A stretch of 64,000 bases of DNA, taken from sequence record NC_041937.1; one strand, given 5' to 3'. The number at the start of each line of letters is the position of its first letter. The stretch's first letter is position 1. The notes below the pieces were generated by a model. The model was given only the letters and a program-made list of their open reading frames with translations, did no database searches and was not told the DNA's origin. Shown piece after piece: positions 60,418 to 64,000 of the stretch. Both the position numbers and the translations under genes were made by a program. The stretch comes from Escherichia phage V18.

Positions 60418-60885
60418 TCATTTAAGTTTAATGCAGTTTTTAAGCTGGCGTTCCATACGATCCACAACCCTGTCTGGAACATCATGAATGCTTTTACTAC
60501 CATGGCGGTTTTCAACCACGATTACGGTATAACTATACCCATGACTGATCGCCATGTCAATATATTCTTGCACATATTTTTCTTTTGTAAATGTATTACT
60601 TACCACGATACGGTCGTATCCCATACGCATCATATCTTCTACGTTATCTTTGCACCATTTTGCTGCAAGTGTTACTTTACTTGCATCCCAGTTGTAATTT
60701 CCATCATCGTCGTACCAGAACATGTCGTTCTCAAAATGTGGATACAGACCTTCTAAAGATAGCGCACTTGCCAGTGTTGATTTGCCAGACCCTGGTAGAC
60801 CACGCACGATATATAGCATTTTAGACATAGTAATCCTCCGTTTTAATTTCAACGATAGTATACCTAACTGTTTTGTTAATTTCAA
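60418..60885 (-). CDS. P-loop kinase (polynucleotide kinase-like)
   Basis: 155-aa ORF; Walker A GLPGSGKST at N-terminus as in T4 Pnk-type kinases. Confidence 0.6.
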   Translation of the reverse strand: MKLTKQLGILSLKLKRRITMSKMLYIVRGLPGSGKSTLASALSLEGLYPHFENDMFWYDDDGNYNWDASKVTLAAKWCKDNVEDMMRMGYDRIVVSNTFTKEKYVQEYIDMAISHGYSYTVIVVENRHGSKSIHDVPDRVVDRMERQLKNCIKLK

Positions 60886-60946
60886 GTGTTGACACTAGGT
60901 TATTTGTGTGGCAGGATAGACTGACAAAATGACAAATGAGGAACGT

Positions 60947-61606
60947 ATGATGAAGTATTTTAATGCAGACGACCTAGTTGACAAAGGTCTTGTAACCAGC
61001 AGATATTACACAGATCTTGGGTTAAAGATCTATAAATATGCCAGAAAAGTATTTTACAACAATTTATGGCATTTGTCCCCTCGTTTACTGGAGTGCCGAG
61101 GCATTGTTGTCGGTAATGAAGGAAATGTTGTGGCATGGCCCTTCACAAAAGTGTTTAACTTGGGAGAAAACTCCACCAACCTGTCTGACAATAAGCTTGT
61201 GACGGCGGTAGAGAAAAAGAACGGATTCCTTGGTGTGGTATCATCTCATAAAGGTGAACTATTGTTCTCAACAACCGGATCTCTTGATTCTCCATATTGT
61301 AACCTCGCAAAGGAAACCATCCAGGAGCAATGTGGTAATTTAGATCTTATCAAGAAGGTTATGGGCAATGAAAACATGACATTCATGTTTGAAATTTGTC
61401 ACCCTTCAGATCCGCATATTGTTCAGGAAGATCATGGCGCATATTTGATAGGTTGCAGGTATAATGATTCTGGAATAATGCTACCAGAGGCAGCTTTAGA
61501 TGGGATTGCCAAATACCTTGGTGCAAAACGTCCTCACACTGTGCGTGAAATTCCGTTCAGCTATGCAAAAGAATTGGCTGCAGAAACAAGAGGTGAAGGT
61601 ATATGA
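60947..61606 (+). CDS. putative RNA ligase / nucleotidyltransferase
   Basis: Start moved to ATG 60947 with GAGGA RBS; candidate motif I EKKNGF; assignment tentative. Confidence 0.4.
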   Translation: MMKYFNADDLVDKGLVTSRYYTDLGLKIYKYARKVFYNNLWHLSPRLLECRGIVVGNEGNVVAWPFTKVFNLGENSTNLSDNKLVTAVEKKNGFLGVVSSHKGELLFSTTGSLDSPYCNLAKETIQEQCGNLDLIKKVMGNENMTFMFEICHPSDPHIVQEDHGAYLIGCRYNDSGIMLPEAALDGIAKYLGAKRPHTVREIPFSYAKELAAETRGEGI

Positions 61607-61863
61607 TTCGTAAGCCTTACTATCCTTATGATCTGCAGCTGAAGATTAAGTCTCCATACTATCTGGCACGGAAGGCCGTAATGAGGGGTAAAGCTTGGAA
61701 GATTTGGGATGATGATATCTTTAAACGTGTTGACGAAGAGTTTTACGGCATGGTAAACTTCATTCGTAGCAATTACACAGAAGATGTGTGGAACTGCCTC
61801 CTGGAGCAGGAACGCCGTGAGATACTTGACTGCTATTTCCACAACGAGGACTATATGCAATGA
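61603..61863 (+). CDS. small hypothetical protein
   Basis: 86-aa ORF, ATGA overlap with upstream gene. Confidence 0.4.
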   Translation: MIRKPYYPYDLQLKIKSPYYLARKAVMRGKAWKIWDDDIFKRVDEEFYGMVNFIRSNYTEDVWNCLLEQERREILDCYFHNEDYMQ

Positions 61864-62042
61864 AGAAGTGGAAAGTTCTTTTTAATCACTCCAGAGAAAC
61901 GTCAAATTATGGGCTCCCAGACGCTATTTGGCTAAAGAATTCCTCCGAGTTTATGGATTTTATTAACGATAATAGAAAGCTCTACAGACGCGTTTCTGAG
62001 TGGCATATGGACAACGACCTTGGAGAGGTGTTCGAAGGGTAA
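61860..62042 (+). CDS. small hypothetical protein
   Basis: 60-aa ORF. Confidence 0.35.
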   Translation: MKKWKVLFNHSRETSNYGLPDAIWLKNSSEFMDFINDNRKLYRRVSEWHMDNDLGEVFEG

Positions 62043-62211
62043 GACTGTTTTATTGCGCTTGGAAGAGCTATTTGTATTTGGTAAGCCTCCTGTAGTTGAC
62101 AACGTGAAGATTTTCGTGCATACTTCTAACCCATCAGCGGCTCGTAAATTCATGCTTGCGGCTGACTCGTTTAAAAAGTTTGGAATAGAGATTAAACAAA
62201 ACATCTACTGA
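62020..62211 (+). CDS. small hypothetical protein
   Basis: 63-aa ORF overlapping previous. Confidence 0.3.
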   Translation: MERCSKGKTVLLRLEELFVFGKPPVVDNVKIFVHTSNPSAARKFMLAADSFKKFGIEIKQNIY

Positions 62212-62219
62212 GGACACTT

Positions 62220-62921
62220 ATGCGACGACTGATTGTTATCTCCGGTGCTGGTTTGAGTGCTGAATCTGGTATTCCCACTTTCCGATCTGGTAGCACTGCA
62301 ATGTGGGAGAATTTCAGCATCGATGAGGTGTGCAACATCCACACCTTTGCCAAGAACTACTATAAGGTGCATGACTTTTACAATGCACGTCGTGTAGCTT
62401 TAGGCAGTGTTGAGCCTAACCTTGCACATCTTCGGATCGCTGAGTGGTATTCCCGCTGGTCTGGTCGTGTGATCAACCTTACCACCAATGTAGATGATTT
62501 GCTGGAGCGTGCTGGTGTAAAACATGAAGATATTTTACATGTCCACGGGTATTTGCCAGAAATAGTCTATGAGGACGATGAAGGAAGTGACGTCATTAAG
62601 GACATTGGATACTCTGAGGTAGACGCAGGAAAGTATACCTGGGTTAAGCCTAATGTGGTGTTCTTCGGAGAAGTAGCTCCGAAGTATACAGACATGTATG
62701 ACCTGTTGACTTCTCTTACGAGCAATGATATGGTTATCCTTGTAGGGTGCTCCAACACAGTTATCAATTTTAACTGGGAGCATCTAGAGGAGAATGGCAT
62801 TTCACGTAGTGATATTTACCAGTATGAGGATCGCGGCATCCCAGTTTGGTTTAACGGTGCGGTTGATGCCTTCTCTGATAAAACATTCATTGAGACTGTA
62901 GAAAACTTTATGGAACTTTAA
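62220..62921 (+). CDS. Sir2-family NAD-dependent protein deacylase/ADP-ribosyltransferase
   Basis: 233-aa ORF; GAGLSAESGIPTFRS N-terminal sirtuin signature, HG dyad, VFFGE motif. Confidence 0.7.
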   Translation: MRRLIVISGAGLSAESGIPTFRSGSTAMWENFSIDEVCNIHTFAKNYYKVHDFYNARRVALGSVEPNLAHLRIAEWYSRWSGRVINLTTNVDDLLERAGVKHEDILHVHGYLPEIVYEDDEGSDVIKDIGYSEVDAGKYTWVKPNVVFFGEVAPKYTDMYDLLTSLTSNDMVILVGCSNTVINFNWEHLEENGISRSDIYQYEDRGIPVWFNGAVDAFSDKTFIETVENFMEL

Positions 62922-62934
62922 AAGGAGAACTTTA

Positions 62935-63648
62935 ATGCTGAATACTAAATTAATTGACAACCTGGAAAAACTATCCCAACCTGAAAACTACCTTTGGTCT
63001 GCCAACTGGGTGGAAAACTGGAACCGTGTGGCAGCTAAAGTGAAAAAATCATACACACCATTCGAATTACAGCTTAGCTTCATTGAGGAAGAGTTCAATG
63101 AAGTTTTGGAAGAGCTGGAGAAAGGTGATGGTGGAGATCACCTGCTAAAAGAGGCCTGCGATCTTCACGTTGTCACAAGTTATGCCGCTTATCTTGTTAA
63201 TGACAATCACGAAAAGTGGTCAAGCCTGTTTGATAATCCACAGGGTCTTAAGTTCAAGATCGGTGAGTTCTATGATACCCTGATCGCTGCGAAAAACACA
63301 CCTAAGCAAAGAGCGTCAGCTTACCGCTTAGCGGAGTTGTCAACAGCTTTGCTGTTCCAGCTTCGCGGCGATGTGTGCGGGATGATGCGTAAGGTTCTCA
63401 AATCGAATGACAGTAAGTTTGCACGGGTCAACCATCTACGGTATTCACACGGTGCCAGTGCAGATATGCCTGCTGAACAACTCATCGAGTTGGAGATTAA
63501 AGATCTTGAGCGACGCTTTGATGGTAGATATGAAGGTTTTGTTGCTAAGGAAGAGTTCTACAACGGTAATAAAGTTATCATATTCCTTGACAGTAAAGGT
63601 AAGATCATGAAGCCTTCGAGCTTCAAGGATGTAACAGAGTATATTTAA
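62935..63648 (+). CDS. MazG-like nucleotide pyrophosphohydrolase domain protein
   Basis: 237-aa ORF; EEEFNEVLEELEKGDGGDHLLKEACDLHVV matches MazG-type acidic helix motif. Confidence 0.5.
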   Translation: MLNTKLIDNLEKLSQPENYLWSANWVENWNRVAAKVKKSYTPFELQLSFIEEEFNEVLEELEKGDGGDHLLKEACDLHVVTSYAAYLVNDNHEKWSSLFDNPQGLKFKIGEFYDTLIAAKNTPKQRASAYRLAELSTALLFQLRGDVCGMMRKVLKSNDSKFARVNHLRYSHGASADMPAEQLIELEIKDLERRFDGRYEGFVAKEEFYNGNKVIIFLDSKGKIMKPSSFKDVTEYI

Positions 63649-63650
63649 CA

Positions 63651-63680
63651 ACATAGCCGGGATTACCCGGCTTTACTTGT
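63651..63680 (+). terminator. putative rho-independent terminator
   Basis: AGCCGGG-ATTA-CCCGGCT hairpin followed by T-rich tract. Confidence 0.4.
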
Positions 63681-63711
63681 TGTGGAAAGTATGCAAGTGA
63701 GGAAGATAGTT

Positions 63712-64000
63712 ATGTACAAGCACTCTAGAGATCTTGAAAACGATGCTGTGTTTGGGGATCAGATGAAAGAGTTGGTTAAACTCATAGGCAGGATAGAGGA
63801 TAAGTTTGACACTAAGATCTACATCGACAGCAAAGTATTCAACCACAAAATATGGACAAATCTGTGTGTTGGACTACATGGAGATAAAGATGTGGTAAAT
63901 TTAGTTGTAATTAAGTTCATAGTGTGGCAGAATAAAACTATAAATTATTACGATCCACACCTTCTTGTTTACCCGATAAAAGACCTATTAGATAAGGAGG
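63712..64000 (+). CDS. hypothetical protein (partial, runs off window)
   Basis: ATG 63712 preceded by GAGGA RBS; frame open to window end. Confidence 0.4.
   Translation, partial: MYKHSRDLENDAVFGDQMKELVKLIGRIEDKFDTKIYIDSKVFNHKIWTNLCVGLHGDKDVVNLVVIKFIVWQNKTINYYDPHLLVYPIKDLLDKE

Noticed and set aside
60889-60923. Sigma70-like promoter for the plus-strand RNA ligase-like gene
   Set aside because: A TTGACA hexamer is present at 60889..60894 but no acceptable -10 hexamer lies at 16-19 bp spacing; not annotated as a feature.

Overview
This window reads as a 64 kb segment of a tailed dsDNA bacteriophage genome (moderately AT-rich by eye; no composition was computed). All calls rest on reading the supplied six-frame translations and the DNA by eye; no database search, HMM or folding was run.

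Layout:
- 72..6609 (minus strand): accessory genes, including a GHKL-type ATPase, a signal-peptide SleB-like cell-wall hydrolase and a MoxR-like AAA+ ATPase.
- 6610..6905: divergent promoter region with a palindrome.
- 6906..13456 (plus strand): mostly small genes of unknown function, plus a vWA/zinc-metallopeptidase protein.
- 13470..13493: bidirectional terminator.
- 13503..55429 (minus strand): about 42 kb morphogenesis module. Read 5'->3' on the minus strand it runs terminase large subunit, portal, head proteins, neck proteins, sheath-like and tube-like proteins, chaperones, tape measure, baseplate (T4 gp25-like wedge protein, spike-like protein), then a large set of tail fibre/tailspike genes including a lambda J-like tip protein, a fibre with a C-terminal S74-type chaperone domain, two paralogous short fibres and a tail-fibre assembly protein.
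- 55429..56111: spanin pair (Rz/Rz1-like).
- 56532..56942: cluster of five tRNA or tRNA-like genes on the minus strand.
- 57039..60885: AT-hook protein, an unusual GC-rich non-coding island followed by an AT-rich stretch with three tandem palindromic 21-bp repeats, a winged-helix protein, and an RNA-repair-like kinase plus phosphoesterase.
- 60947..64000 (plus strand): RNA-ligase-like protein, Sir2-family protein, MazG-like protein.

The most striking feature is that several genes expected to be essential (terminase, J-like tip protein, at least two fibre genes) are split by frameshifts or an in-frame stop. That points either to indel errors in the assembly or to a defective phage; the sequence alone cannot separate the two. 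I found no clearly novel multi-gene system that I can support; the best candidates for follow-up are the GC-rich island with its iteron array, the duplicated fibre cassette, and the RNA-repair/Sir2/MazG cluster. No integrase, CRISPR array or replication genes were recognised in this window.
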